Origin: an uncultured Gemmatimonadales bacterium
Lineage (GTDB): Bacteria > Gemmatimonadota > Gemmatimonadetes > Gemmatimonadales > GWC2-71-9
Length of the DNA stretch: 64,000 bases
Assembly: GCA_963844035.1 (NCBI GenBank)
Contig: CAWJMT010000003.1
Coordinates: forward strand, 320,001 to 384,000
Reading direction: 5' to 3'
The translations under genes were made by a program, and so were the position numbers. Below the pieces are notes generated by a model that was not told the origin of the DNA, ran no database searches, and saw only the letters and a program-made list of their open reading frames with translations. Positions within the stretch are counted from its first letter, which is position 1; each line of letters starts with the position of its first letter. Shown here in pieces: positions 10,795 to 20,257 of this stretch.

Positions 10795-12059
10795 TCCGCC
10801 GCGTCCACGGCGGCCAGGCGGCGCGGGCGTCCCGCCGTGGTGCGATGGTCGATGTGGAACGTGGGACCTTCCGGTCCGCCGGTTCGGGACGCCGGCGTCG
10901 CGGAGCCGGGAACGTAGTTCTCGAAGGTCCGCACCGTCTGGTAGAGCGAGTCGCGCTCCACCGGCTCCTTCCCCGCTCCGCGGATCAGCGAGACGATCTG
11001 GTCGTACGACAGCCACATCGGCGTCTCGGCTCCGGCCTCGTGGTAGACGCGCTCGAACACGACGGTTCCCTCGAGATCGTCGCAGCCGAACGTGAGCGCC
11101 ACCTGCGAGAGGAACGGCGTCACCATCGGCCAATGCGTCTTCACGTGCGGGATGTTGTCGAGCACCAGGCGGCCGACGGCGATGTTCTTCAGGTCGTCGA
11201 TGCCCGTGGTCGCCGTGCCGGTGCGCCCCAGGGTGACGCCCAGCTCGTTGTGGTCGGGGTGGTAGGCGAGGGGGATGTAGGTCAGAAACCCCTTCGACTC
11301 GTCCTGGAGCGCGCGGAGCGCGAGCAGGTGGTCCACCCGGTCTTCCAGCGTTTCCACGTGTCCGTACAGCATGGTGCAGTTCGACGGGATCCCCAGGGCG
11401 TGCGCCTCGCGGTGCACGGCGAGCCATTCGTCCCCCGTGAGCTTGCGGTCGGCGATCGTCGCCCGGGCGGCGGGGCTGAAGACCTCCGCGCCTCCGCCGG
11501 GGAGGCTCGTCACTCCGGCATCGCGCATGGCGATCAAGACCTCGCGCACGCTCAGACGCTCGATCTTGGCGAGGTGCGCGACTTCGACCGCGGTCAGGGC
11601 CTTGATGTGCACCCCGGGATGGCGCGAGCGCAGGCCGCGGAACAAGTCGAGGTAGTACGCGAGCCGCAGCTTGGGGTGGAGGCCGCCGACAATGTGGAAC
11701 TCGCGGGTCGGGTTGTCGCGCGCCGCGTCGGCTTCGGCGAACACCTCGTCCAGGGTTCTGGTGTACCCGCCGTCCTCCTGGGGCATGCGGGCGAACGAGC
11801 AGAACACGCAGGTGTTCCGCAGCACGCACAGGTTGGTCGGATTGAGGTGCTGGTTGGCGGCGAAGTACACGCGGTCGCCGTTCCGGGCGCGGTTGGCCGC
11901 GTCGGCCAGCCGGCCGATGGTCAGGAGATCGGGGGAAGCGAAGAGCGTGAGGGCGTCGTCGCGGGTGAGTCGTTCGCCGCGCGCGAGCTTCTCGGCGATC
12001 GGGTCGAGCGACGGATCGTGACCGCCTGACCGCCTGACCGCCTGACCGCCGTTGTTCAC
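10791..12059 (-). CDS. mqnE: Aminofutalosine synthase (radical SAM)
   Basis: HLNPTNLCVLRNTCVFCSF, EFHIVGGLHP, LPGGGAEVF, TMLYGHVET, GCDDLEGTVVFERVYHEAGA. GTG start overlaps the fabF stop. Confidence 0.9.
   Translation of the reverse strand: MNNGGQAVRRSGGHDPSLDPIAEKLARGERLTRDDALTLFASPDLLTIGRLADAANRARNGDRVYFAANQHLNPTNLCVLRNTCVFCSFARMPQEDGGYTRTLDEVFAEADAARDNPTREFHIVGGLHPKLRLAYYLDLFRGLRSRHPGVHIKALTAVEVAHLAKIERLSVREVLIAMRDAGVTSLPGGGAEVFSPAARATIADRKLTGDEWLAVHREAHALGIPSNCTMLYGHVETLEDRVDHLLALRALQDESKGFLTYIPLAYHPDHNELGVTLGRTGTATTGIDDLKNIAVGRLVLDNIPHVKTHWPMVTPFLSQVALTFGCDDLEGTVVFERVYHEAGAETPMWLSYDQIVSLIRGAGKEPVERDSLYQTVRTFENYVPGSATPASRTGGPEGPTFHIDHRTTAGRPRRLAAVDAAE
12019..12050. repeat. Perfect 8-bp tandem repeat (TGACCGCC)x4 in the mqnE 5' end
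   Basis: tgaccgcc at 12019, 12027, 12035 and 12043. Encodes GGQAVRRSGGH. Confidence 0.9.
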
Positions 12060-13300
12060 GCCGCCCGCCGGACCGCGAGCGTCACGTTGTGCCCGCCGAA
12101 CCCGAACGAGTTCGAGAGCGCGACGTCGACCGCGCGGGTGACGGCATGGTTCGGGGCCGAATTGAGGTCGCAGGCGGGGTCGGGGGTGAACTGGTTGATC
12201 GTGGGCGGGATCGTGCCGCTCTTGATCACGAGCGCGCAGACGGCCGCTTCGAACGCGCCCGAGGCGCCCAGCAGATGCCCCGTCATCGATTTGGTGGACG
12301 CAAAGATCAGGGAGCGCGCGTGCTCGGCGAACACGGCCTTCACCGCCGTCGTCTCGGCGGCATCCCCGTGCGGCGTGGACGTGCCGTGCGCGTTGATGTA
12401 GGTGACCTGCTCGGGCTTGATCCCGGCATCCTGCATGGCGAGCCGCATCGCGTCCTGGGCGCCGGCACCATCCGGCGCGGGCGCGGTGATGTGATGGGCG
12501 TCCGCCGTCATGCCAAACCCGGCGAGCTCGGCGTAGATCTTGGCGCCGCGCCGGCGGGCGTGCTCCGCCTCCTCGAGAACCAGCACGGCGGCCCCGTCTC
12601 CCATGACGAACCCGTCGCGATCCTTGTCGAACGGCCGGCTGGCCGTCGCCGGATCGTCGTTGCGCTCGGAGAGCGCACGCATGTTCGCGAAGCTCGCCAT
12701 GGCGAGCGGCGTGATCGCCGCCTCGGAGCCTCCCGCGATCATGATGTCGGCCTCGTCGTCGCGGATGAATTGGACGGCATCGGCGACGGCGTGGGCGGAC
12801 GAGGCGCACGCGGACACGGTGCAGAAGTTCGGACCCTTCGCGCCGTAGCGCATGGAGATCAGCGCGGCGGCCACGTTGGGCATGTACATGGGGATGAAAA
12901 ACGGGGACACGCGGCTGGGTCCCTTTTCCACCAGCGCGCGGCAATTCTCTTCGAACGTCGTCAGCCCGCCCGTGCCGGTCCCGATCAGGACGCCCACGCG
13001 CTTGAGATCGACCGCATCCCAATTGTTCGCCAGGCAGGCGTCCGTGACGGCTTCTTCGCCCGCCCCAATCGCATACTGGGCGAACGGATCGAAGCGGCGG
13101 ATCTCCTTTTTCTCCAGATAGCGCGAGGCGTCGAATCCCTTCACCTCGCACGCGAACTTCACGGACGACTGCGCCGGATCGAACCGGGTGATCGGGCCCG
13201 CCCCCGAGCGGCCGGCCACCAGTGCATCCCAGGTGGTCCGGACGTCGGTGCCGAGCGGGGTGACGAACCCGAGGCCGGTAATCACGACCCTGCGGCTCAC
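12056..13300 (-). CDS. fabF: Beta-ketoacyl-ACP synthase II
   Basis: RRVVITGLG, VSACASSAHA, YINAHGTSTP, STKSMTGHLLGA, SNSFGFGGHN. Confidence 0.97.
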   Translation of the reverse strand: MSRRVVITGLGFVTPLGTDVRTTWDALVAGRSGAGPITRFDPAQSSVKFACEVKGFDASRYLEKKEIRRFDPFAQYAIGAGEEAVTDACLANNWDAVDLKRVGVLIGTGTGGLTTFEENCRALVEKGPSRVSPFFIPMYMPNVAAALISMRYGAKGPNFCTVSACASSAHAVADAVQFIRDDEADIMIAGGSEAAITPLAMASFANMRALSERNDDPATASRPFDKDRDGFVMGDGAAVLVLEEAEHARRRGAKIYAELAGFGMTADAHHITAPAPDGAGAQDAMRLAMQDAGIKPEQVTYINAHGTSTPHGDAAETTAVKAVFAEHARSLIFASTKSMTGHLLGASGAFEAAVCALVIKSGTIPPTINQFTPDPACDLNSAPNHAVTRAVDVALSNSFGFGGHNVTLAVRRAA

Positions 13301-13303
13301 GCG

Positions 13304-13549
13304 TTACTTCCCCATTTTCTCGTGGAGGTACTTCATCGCCTGTCCCACCGTCCGGAGCTTTTCGGCCTCCTCGTCGGGAATGTCGATGTCGAACTCCTTC
13401 TCGAAGGCCATGACGAGCTCGACCGTGTCGAGGCTGTCCGCCCCCAGGTCCTCCATGAAACTGGCCTCGGGCGTGAGCTTTTCCCGCTCGACCCCGAGCT
13501 CTTCAACGATGATGTCCTTCACCTTTTCCTCGAGCTGCTTGATATCCAT
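13304..13549 (-). CDS. acpP: Acyl carrier protein
   Basis: [20 protein letters not shown]...[31 protein letters not shown]. Confidence 0.97.
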   Translation of the reverse strand: MDIKQLEEKVKDIIVEELGVEREKLTPEASFMEDLGADSLDTVELVMAFEKEFDIDIPDEEAEKLRTVGQAMKYLHEKMGK

Positions 13550-13586
13550 GGCCATGAGCGCCCTCAATCGGGGTGTGGGGGAACAG

Positions 13587-14345
13587 TCACAACACCATGC
13601 CGCCGTCGACGACCAGCACCTGCCCTGTAATGTAGCTCGCGAACTCGGAGGCGAGAAAGAGCACCGCGAATGCCACATCTGCTCCCATCCCGAGCCTCCC
13701 CAACGGAATCGCATCCTGCAGCGTGCGGCGCGCCTCGGGGGTGATGCCGCGGGTCAGCTCCGTGTCGATGAATCCCGGCGCCACGGCGTTCACGAGCACG
13801 TTGCGCGAGGCCAGCTCCTTGGCCACCGACTTCGTCAACCCGATCAATCCCGCTTTGGATGCGCTGTAATTCGCCTGCCCCTTATTGCCGGCGATACCGA
13901 CGACGCTCGTGATGTTGATGATGCGGCCGGTGCGGCGCTTGATCATGCCGCGCGCCGCGTGCTTCATCATCAGAAACGAGCCCTTCAGGTTGGTTTCTAA
14001 GACGTCGTCCCAGTCCTCTTCGCTGATGCGCACCATCAGGTTGTCGCGAGTGGTTCCGGCGTTGTTGATCAGGATGTCGATGCGGCCGAAATCCCGCTCC
14101 ACCTCGGCGACGGCGGCCTCGACCTGCGCCGACTGGCCGACGTCGCAGGCGTAGCCGCGGGCGGTGTCGTCCAGCGCCTGGGCGGCCGCCTTCGCCTTGG
14201 CGCCGTCGCGCCCGAACAGCGCGATCGTCGCGCCCGCGCCGTGAAGGGTCGCCGCGATCGACTCGCCGATGCCGCGGCTGCCCCCGGTCACGAGGGCCAC
14301 CTTGCCCGTGAGGTCGATCTTCATTGGCGTCGCCACCGGGCTCAT
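13587..14345 (-). CDS. fabG: 3-oxoacyl-ACP reductase
   Basis: [53 protein letters not shown]. Alternative start at 14324. Confidence 0.95.
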   Translation of the reverse strand: MSPVATPMKIDLTGKVALVTGGSRGIGESIAATLHGAGATIALFGRDGAKAKAAAQALDDTARGYACDVGQSAQVEAAVAEVERDFGRIDILINNAGTTRDNLMVRISEEDWDDVLETNLKGSFLMMKHAARGMIKRRTGRIINITSVVGIAGNKGQANYSASKAGLIGLTKSVAKELASRNVLVNAVAPGFIDTELTRGITPEARRTLQDAIPLGRLGMGADVAFAVLFLASEFASYITGQVLVVDGGMVL

Positions 14346-15292
14346 GCCGCCTCGAGAAATTGTGAGAGCTCGTCCGCCGTTCCCAGGCTCACGACCCTGG
14401 GGTCGGGCAGGATGCGCTTGACCAGCCCCGCCAGCACCTTGCCGGACCCGATCTCGATGAATTGCGCGCCCGGTCCGGCGATCCGTGCGGCGTGCTCGAC
14501 GCATTCGATCCAGCGGACGGGAGCCGTGAGCTGGTCCGCCAGCAGGCGTCGCGCGCGCGCTGCGGTGGTGACCGACTCCGCCGTCGCGTTGGCGATCACG
14601 GGGTGCTTCGGCTCGCCGAACGGGGCCTTGTCGAGCGCCGCCCGCAGGCGACTCGCGGCCGGCCCCATCAAGGGGGAATGGAACGCGCCGCTGACCTTGA
14701 GCTCGATCACGCGCTTGGCGCCGCGGGCCCGGCACCCTTCGGCGGCCCTGCGCACGGCCTCCGGGTCGCCCGAGATCACCGTCTGGTCGGGGGTGTTCAG
14801 GTTCGCCGTCACGGCGATCGCGTCCTTGGCCGACGCCTCGTGGCACGCCGCCGTGACGTCGGCGACGGGAAGTCCGAGTACCGCCGCCATTGCGCCGGGC
14901 CGCTCCCTGCCCACCTGTTGCATGAGGTCGCCGCGCTGACGAACCAGGACCGCCGCATCAGGGGCCGCCAGCGCGCCCGCCGTGAGATAGGCCGAGTACT
15001 CACCGAGGGAATGCCCGGCAGCGGCGGCCGCCGCGACCCCGGTGGTCGACCGCAGCACGGCGAAGATGGCGGCGGTGTGCGCCAGGATTGCGGGTTGCGC
15101 GTTGTGGGTGTCGGTCAACGCGTCTTCGGGTCCCTCGAACATGACGTGACTGAGCCGGAAGCTGAGCGCGTCGTCGATGGATTCGAAGACGAGTCGCGCG
15201 GCGGGAAACCGCTCCGCCAGGTCCTTGCCCATGCCGACTTTTTGCGCGCCCTGTCCCGGACAGAGCCAGACGGTCTTGCCTGGAGCTACCAC
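14342..15292 (-). CDS. fabD: Malonyl-CoA:ACP transacylase
   Basis: PGQGAQKVGMG, AQPAIL, GHSLGEYSA, VSGAFHSPLM. Confidence 0.95.
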   Translation of the reverse strand: MVAPGKTVWLCPGQGAQKVGMGKDLAERFPAARLVFESIDDALSFRLSHVMFEGPEDALTDTHNAQPAILAHTAAIFAVLRSTTGVAAAAAAGHSLGEYSAYLTAGALAAPDAAVLVRQRGDLMQQVGRERPGAMAAVLGLPVADVTAACHEASAKDAIAVTANLNTPDQTVISGDPEAVRRAAEGCRARGAKRVIELKVSGAFHSPLMGPAASRLRAALDKAPFGEPKHPVIANATAESVTTAARARRLLADQLTAPVRWIECVEHAARIAGPGAQFIEIGSGKVLAGLVKRILPDPRVVSLGTADELSQFLEAA

Positions 15293-16272
15293 TGGATGAC
15301 CATGCTCGCCCATGTGAAGCCCGCGCCGAACGCGACGAACATCACCTTCATGCCGGGCGTCAGCCGCCCGGTGCGTACCGCTTCGTCGAGCGCGATCGCG
15401 ACCGACGCGGCGGAGGTGTTCCCGTAGCGGTCCACGTTGACGAACACCTTCTCCATCGGGAGGTCGGCGTGTTTGGCCGTCGCCTCAATGATGCGGATGT
15501 TGGCCTGATGCGGGATCAGGAGATCCAGGTCGGCGGCGGCGAGGCCGGCCCGCGCGAGCGCCGTGTCGCAGGCGTCGGCCATGGTGAGCACAGCAGCCTT
15601 GAAGACCTCGCGGCCCGACATGCGGACGAAGTGCGAGTGGTCCTTGAGCATCTGCGCGTCGGGCGGATGCGCCGCGCCCCCGGCCGGTCGGTTGAGCAGG
15701 TCCGCCAGGGTGCCGTCGGATTTCATGTAGGACGACAGGATACCGCGGCCATTCACACTGCGCCGGACGACCGTGGCGCCCGCGCCGTCGCCGAACAGGA
15801 CGGCGGTCGTGCGGTCGGTCCAATCCACGATGCTCGTGAGCTTCTCGGCCGCCACCACCAGCACCGTTGCGGCCTGCTCCGAGGCGACCAGTCCCTCCGC
15901 CACATTGAGCGCGTACACGAAGCCGGTGCACGCAGCGGAGACGTCGAAGGCGGCAGCGTTCTTGGCGCCGAGCAGGGCCTGCAGGTCGCAGGCCTGGGAG
16001 GGCAGCAGCCGGTCTGGTGTACAGGTCGCCACGATGATCGTATCGAGGTCGAGCGCGGTCACGCCGCTGGTCTGCATCGCCCGTTCGGCGGCCGCCTTGG
16101 CCATGCAGGCGTTCGACTCGTCGAGGGCGGCGACGCGCCGCTCGCGAATCCCGGTGCGGTCCTGGATCCACTGGTCGGACGTGTCGAGCATCGCGGAGAG
16201 CTCGGTGTTCGTGACGACGCGTGCGGGCGCGTAACTCCCAGTTCCCAGCAGCTCGGCCACCGGGCGCTTCAC
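15286..16272 (-). CDS. fabH: Beta-ketoacyl-ACP synthase III
   Basis: DTSDQWIQDRTGIRERR, SAACTGFVYAL, LFGDGAGA, IPHQANIRII, YGNTSAAS, FGAGFTW. Confidence 0.97.
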   Translation of the reverse strand: MKRPVAELLGTGSYAPARVVTNTELSAMLDTSDQWIQDRTGIRERRVAALDESNACMAKAAAERAMQTSGVTALDLDTIIVATCTPDRLLPSQACDLQALLGAKNAAAFDVSAACTGFVYALNVAEGLVASEQAATVLVVAAEKLTSIVDWTDRTTAVLFGDGAGATVVRRSVNGRGILSSYMKSDGTLADLLNRPAGGAAHPPDAQMLKDHSHFVRMSGREVFKAAVLTMADACDTALARAGLAAADLDLLIPHQANIRIIEATAKHADLPMEKVFVNVDRYGNTSAASVAIALDEAVRTGRLTPGMKVMFVAFGAGFTWASMVIQW

Positions 16273-17276
16273 GCGATCGCGCCTCCCCCGGCGAACTCGG
16301 CGCCGATATCCTGGCTCAGGCGGCTCTGCACCATCTGCACGGCCACCCGTACCGCATTCATGATGGCGCGGGCCGGCGAGGCGCCGTGGCAAATGATGGC
16401 GACGCCCCGGATGCCGAGCAGCGGCGCGCCACCGTACTCCGAGTAGTCGAGGAACTTGAGGATCTGCTTGGTCTCGGGGCGGCCGGCGATATCGGGGAAG
16501 GAGTGCTTGAGCATTCCAGCGAACATGCGTCCCGCGGACTCGTAGAACTTGAGGATGGCGTTGCCGATGAACCCGTCACACACGACCACGTCAACCCGTC
16601 CGGCGCGGCATTTGCCGGTGAGGATGTCCCGCCCTTCGACGTTGCCGAGGAAGTTCAGGCCCATCGCCGTCTTGAGCAGACGGTGCGCTTCCTGGACGAC
16701 GGCGCTGCCCTTTTCCTCTTCCTCGCCGACGTTCAGCAGCCCGACGCCGGGCTCCTGGCGCTCGAGCACGTCGCGCGCGTAGAGGGAGCCGAGATGCGCA
16801 AAGTTGACGAGCTCGCGCGCGTCACAGTCCACGTTGGCGCCGCCGTCGATGACCAGCACCGAATGCCCGGCCGTGGGAAACAGGGCTCCGATGGCCGCGC
16901 GCTGCACGCCGGGGTGTAACCGTAGCGCCAGCGTGGCCCCCGCCATCACCGCCCCGGTGTTGCCGGCGGAGATGAACGCATCGGAGTCGCCGTCCTTTTG
17001 GAGGCCGAGCCCGACCGCAATGGACGAGCGCGGTTTGCTCCGGATGGCGGTCAGGGGCTTCTCCCCCATGCCGACCACTTCGGGGGCCTCGACCACCTCC
17101 AGCCGGGACCGGTCGATCTGACCGTGCTGCTTGAGCGCCGCTTCGACGTCGGCTGTCCGGCCGACCAGCTGAATGCGGAACGTCGGCGGAAGGTCGCGTA
17201 GCGCCATCGCCGTTCCTTCCACTTCCACCAGCGGCGCGTTGTCTCCGCCCATCGCGTCGAGCGCGATGCGGATCAC
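16269..17276 (-). CDS. plsX: Phosphate acyltransferase
   Basis: RIALDAMGGDNAP, SAGNTGA, LLNVGEEEEKG, VVVCDGFIGN, YGGAPLLG. Confidence 0.97.
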   Translation of the reverse strand: MIRIALDAMGGDNAPLVEVEGTAMALRDLPPTFRIQLVGRTADVEAALKQHGQIDRSRLEVVEAPEVVGMGEKPLTAIRSKPRSSIAVGLGLQKDGDSDAFISAGNTGAVMAGATLALRLHPGVQRAAIGALFPTAGHSVLVIDGGANVDCDARELVNFAHLGSLYARDVLERQEPGVGLLNVGEEEEKGSAVVQEAHRLLKTAMGLNFLGNVEGRDILTGKCRAGRVDVVVCDGFIGNAILKFYESAGRMFAGMLKHSFPDIAGRPETKQILKFLDYSEYGGAPLLGIRGVAIICHGASPARAIMNAVRVAVQMVQSRLSQDIGAEFAGGGAIA

Positions 17277-17277
17277 G

Positions 17278-17460
17278 TCAGGCGTCCTCCACCACCACGC
17301 GCTGCACGTCGCCGTAATAGCCGCACGTGGGGCACACGTGGTGAGGCCGTTTCAAGTCGTGGCAGCGGGGACAGGGCTGCAACGTCGCTGCCACCGCCTT
17401 ATAGTGCGTGCGCCGGGCCCGCTTCTTCCGTTTCGACGTTCTTCGCTTCGGTACCGCCAT
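17278..17460 (-). CDS. rpmF: 50S ribosomal protein L32 (Zn-binding type)
   Basis: MAVPKRRTSKRKKRARR...CPRC...PHHVCPTCGYY. Confidence 0.97.
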   Translation of the reverse strand: MAVPKRRTSKRKKRARRTHYKAVAATLQPCPRCHDLKRPHHVCPTCGYYGDVQRVVVEDA

Positions 17461-17472
17461 GCGTAGCCTCGT

Positions 17473-17982
17473 TCAGTCGCGCAGCTTCCCTTTGAGCGCC
17501 GCGAGCGCCTTCCACCGCAGATCGGTAGCCGGCGCGCAGCCACAGGGGCCCGCGTTCAGGTCGTGACCGCAGCTCGGGCAGAGCCCGCGGCAGTCATCGC
17601 GGCACACCACATACTGGGGGGCCGCTAGAATCAGCTCCTCCCGAACCGCCGCCGTGACGTCAACTTCCGTCGCGTCCGGGGCGAGGGGGTACGAATCCGG
17701 ATCGTCGAGCGTGTCCGGGTCCTGCGTGAAGAGTGCCTTGATATCGGCCTCGACCGGCACCTGCACCGGCTCAAGACAGCGCCGGCAGGTCTCGGACAGC
17801 CGGGCGGCAACCTTGGCGTGCCAATAGAACCGCCCCTCGCCCGCCGGCTGCAGCCGTCCGGTCACCCGAACCGGGCCGTCCAGCGCGAAATTCAGACCCG
17901 CGAAGAGGCCGTCGGTGGCGGGGAGGTCGCCCCGCGTTTCAACCGGACCGCGGGCGAGCTCCCGGAGATCGGCTCGGAGCAT
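17473..17982 (-). CDS. DUF177/YceD family protein
   Basis: CRRCLEP and VCRDDCRGLCPSCGHDLN...CGC...DLRWKALAALK. Conserved position upstream of rpmF. Confidence 0.92.
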   Translation of the reverse strand: MLRADLRELARGPVETRGDLPATDGLFAGLNFALDGPVRVTGRLQPAGEGRFYWHAKVAARLSETCRRCLEPVQVPVEADIKALFTQDPDTLDDPDSYPLAPDATEVDVTAAVREELILAAPQYVVCRDDCRGLCPSCGHDLNAGPCGCAPATDLRWKALAALKGKLRD

Positions 17983-17990
17983 GCGCAGCG

Positions 17991-18019
17991 AAGCTAAACC
18001 GTTGTGGGACTTGCGTCAA
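17991..18019 (-). promoter_or_regulatory. sigma70 promoter for the yceD-rpmF-plsX-fab operon (probably leaderless)
   Basis: Minus strand TTGACG(18019-18014)-17 bp-TAGCTT(17996-17991)-8 nt-ATG, with no SD motif. Confidence 0.7.
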
Positions 18020-18027
18020 GCTAACTG

Positions 18028-18456
18028 TCAGCCGGCGCGGAACAGCTCCGCCAACTCCGCCTCGGTGAAGAAGAACGCCACCTCCCGGGCGGCGTTGTCG
18101 TCGGAATCGGAGGCGTGGATCGCGTTCCGCTCCTTGGACTGGGCGAAGAGCTTGCGGATCGTCCCCGCCTTGGCTTCGGCCGGATCGGTGGCCCCGATGG
18201 CGTCGCGGAGGGCGGCGACTGCCCCGTCGCGCTTGAGCGCCATGGCCAGAGCCGGCCCGGAGGTCATGAAGGTCACCAGTGAACGGAAGAACGGCCGTTC
18301 CCGGTGGACGGCGTAGAACGCCTCAGCCTGAGCGGTGCTCAGACGGACGAGACGGGCCGCACGCACGGCGAAACCGGCTGCCTCGAGGTGGGCCAGGATC
18401 TTCCCGGCGTTGCCGGCGGCGACAGCGTCGGGCTTGATGATGGCGAGCGTAATCAT
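18028..18456 (-). CDS. ndk: Nucleoside diphosphate kinase
   Basis: TLAIIKPDAV, FYAVHRERPFF, FMTSGP, GATDP, GTIR, NAIHASDS. Confidence 0.97.
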   Translation of the reverse strand: MITLAIIKPDAVAAGNAGKILAHLEAAGFAVRAARLVRLSTAQAEAFYAVHRERPFFRSLVTFMTSGPALAMALKRDGAVAALRDAIGATDPAEAKAGTIRKLFAQSKERNAIHASDSDDNAAREVAFFFTEAELAELFRAG

Positions 18457-18457
18457 A

Positions 18458-18485
18458 GGTGTCGGGTGTCGGGGGTCAGGTGTCA
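18458..18485. repeat. 7-bp tandem repeat x4 (GGTGTCG, GGTGTCG, GGGGTCA, GGTGTCA) filling the intergenic space before ndk
   Basis: Read directly. The last unit supplies the TGA stop of the EIIA-CBS gene. Confidence 0.8.
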
Positions 18486-19391
18486 GGTAGCAATGAGACG
18501 GCGAATCAGGTCCGCCCGGGTGAGAAAGCCGACCACCTTCCCTTCCCGTACCACGGGAAAGCGATCGACATCCTTGCTGTTCATGAGGCTGGCGACGTCG
18601 GTCATGGTTTGATCCTCCGCCAGGCAGAGGACGGAGCGCGCCATGGCCTCGCGTACGGGAATCTGCCGTGGATCGGTGGATCCGCGCTGGATCTGGCTCT
18701 TGGTGAGTGCGCGGGTCTCGCCGCTCTTGGTGCGCTGCAGATACTCCGGGATCAGGAACTTCAACAACTCCTTGTGGGACACCATTCCGAGCAGGGTCCC
18801 CGTTTCATCGACCACCGGTAGCGCGCCGAGGTCGCGTTCCACCATCAGGTGGGCGACCTCACCGAGGGGAGTTTCCGGCGTCAGCGTGAGGACGTGCGCC
18901 GTCATCACATCGCGCACCAACAGCTGCGCCGGCAGTTCGATCGAGGCGAGGGCGGGGATCGCCAACACCGCCTCAGGCGTCCGCGCATCGAGCAGCTCCC
19001 GCAGCGTCTCAGGATCGGAAAGTGCGCGCGCCAGCGCGCCGATGACCTGGAGGTACGTCGGGCCGTCGCGCGGCGGTGCCACGATGAAGATGACGACGCG
19101 CGCCGCCCGGCGCGCGTCCTTGCCGGAGGGAATGGCGGAGGGCGCGATTCCCACGCTGACCAGGAGACTGCGCACCGCCTCGGTGCGGAAGTGCGGCAGA
19201 AACGCATGGTCGCCAACGCTGGTCATATCCTCGGGCCAATTATCCTGAATCAGCGTGCGGAGTCGCTTGGGCTCGGCGACGCTTCCGGAGTCTACGAGAC
19301 GCTGAGCGAGCTGCTCGGTCGCGTCCTGCACCGTCCGCGCATGCAGCGGGACGATGACGTGCTCGCGCCGCAGCAAGTCCCGCAGCTTCAT
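18483..19391 (-). CDS. PTS EIIA (PtsN/EIIA-2-like) domain fused to a CBS-pair domain
   Basis: N-terminal [16 protein letters not shown]...[13 protein letters not shown] resembles EIIA-2. C-terminal VRDVMT...[15 protein letters not shown]...[18 protein letters not shown] is a CBS pair. Confidence 0.8.
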   Translation of the reverse strand: MKLRDLLRREHVIVPLHARTVQDATEQLAQRLVDSGSVAEPKRLRTLIQDNWPEDMTSVGDHAFLPHFRTEAVRSLLVSVGIAPSAIPSGKDARRAARVVIFIVAPPRDGPTYLQVIGALARALSDPETLRELLDARTPEAVLAIPALASIELPAQLLVRDVMTAHVLTLTPETPLGEVAHLMVERDLGALPVVDETGTLLGMVSHKELLKFLIPEYLQRTKSGETRALTKSQIQRGSTDPRQIPVREAMARSVLCLAEDQTMTDVASLMNSKDVDRFPVVREGKVVGFLTRADLIRRLIAT

Positions 19392-20257
19392 AGCCTCTCC
19401 TTGAGTAGCGGGACCACATCTGCGGGCCGCCGCATGACCGGGATGCCCGCGCGCTCGAGCGCGGCCATTTTCTCCGCCGCGGTGCCCCCGGACCCCGAGG
19501 CGATGGCGCCGGCGTGTCCCATACGGCGCCCCGGCGGTGCGGTCTGGCCCGCGATGAATCCCACCACCGGTTTGGTCATGGAGCGCTGGACGAACTCGGC
19601 GGCCTGTTGCTCGTCCGTGCCGCCGATCTCACCGATCATCACGACCGCATCGGTCCCGGCGTCCGCCTGGAAGGCGGTCAAACAGGCGACGAACGACGTG
19701 CCGATGATCGGGTCGCCGCCGATTCCCACGCACGTGGATTGGCCGAAACCGTGGGTCGACAGCTGATGGACGATCTCGTAGGTGAGGGTGCCGCTGCGTG
19801 AGACGACGCCGATCCGGCCCGGCTGGCAGATGTTGCCGGGGATGATGCCCACCTTGCTCGCGCCCGGAGTGATCAGGCCGGGACAGTTGGGGCCGATCAG
19901 GCGCACGCGGCGCTCGGTGAGGAACGGCATCACCCTCGTCATGTCCAGCACGGGAATGCCTTCGGTGATGCAGATGATCAGCGTCAGCCCAGCGTCGGCC
20001 GCCTCATAGATGGCGGCGGCAGCCGCGGCCGCCGGCACGTAGATCACCGTCGCATTGGGTTGCGTGTCGCGTACTGCCTCCGCGACGGTGTCGTACACGG
20101 GGACACCCTCGTCGAAACGCGAGCCCCCCTTCCCCGGCGTTACGCCCGCGACGACGTTCGTGCCGTACGCGATCATCTGGCGCGTGTGAAACGAGCCGTC
20201 CCGGCCGGTCACGCCCTGGACGAGCAGCCGCGTCGCACGATCGATGAAGATGCTCAT
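19388..20257 (-). CDS. sucD: Succinyl-CoA synthetase alpha subunit (in frame with sucC in this sequence)
   Basis: [52 protein letters not shown]. Confidence 0.95.
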   Translation of the reverse strand: MSIFIDRATRLLVQGVTGRDGSFHTRQMIAYGTNVVAGVTPGKGGSRFDEGVPVYDTVAEAVRDTQPNATVIYVPAAAAAAAIYEAADAGLTLIICITEGIPVLDMTRVMPFLTERRVRLIGPNCPGLITPGASKVGIIPGNICQPGRIGVVSRSGTLTYEIVHQLSTHGFGQSTCVGIGGDPIIGTSFVACLTAFQADAGTDAVVMIGEIGGTDEQQAAEFVQRSMTKPVVGFIAGQTAPPGRRMGHAGAIASGSGGTAAEKMAALERAGIPVMRRPADVVPLLKERL

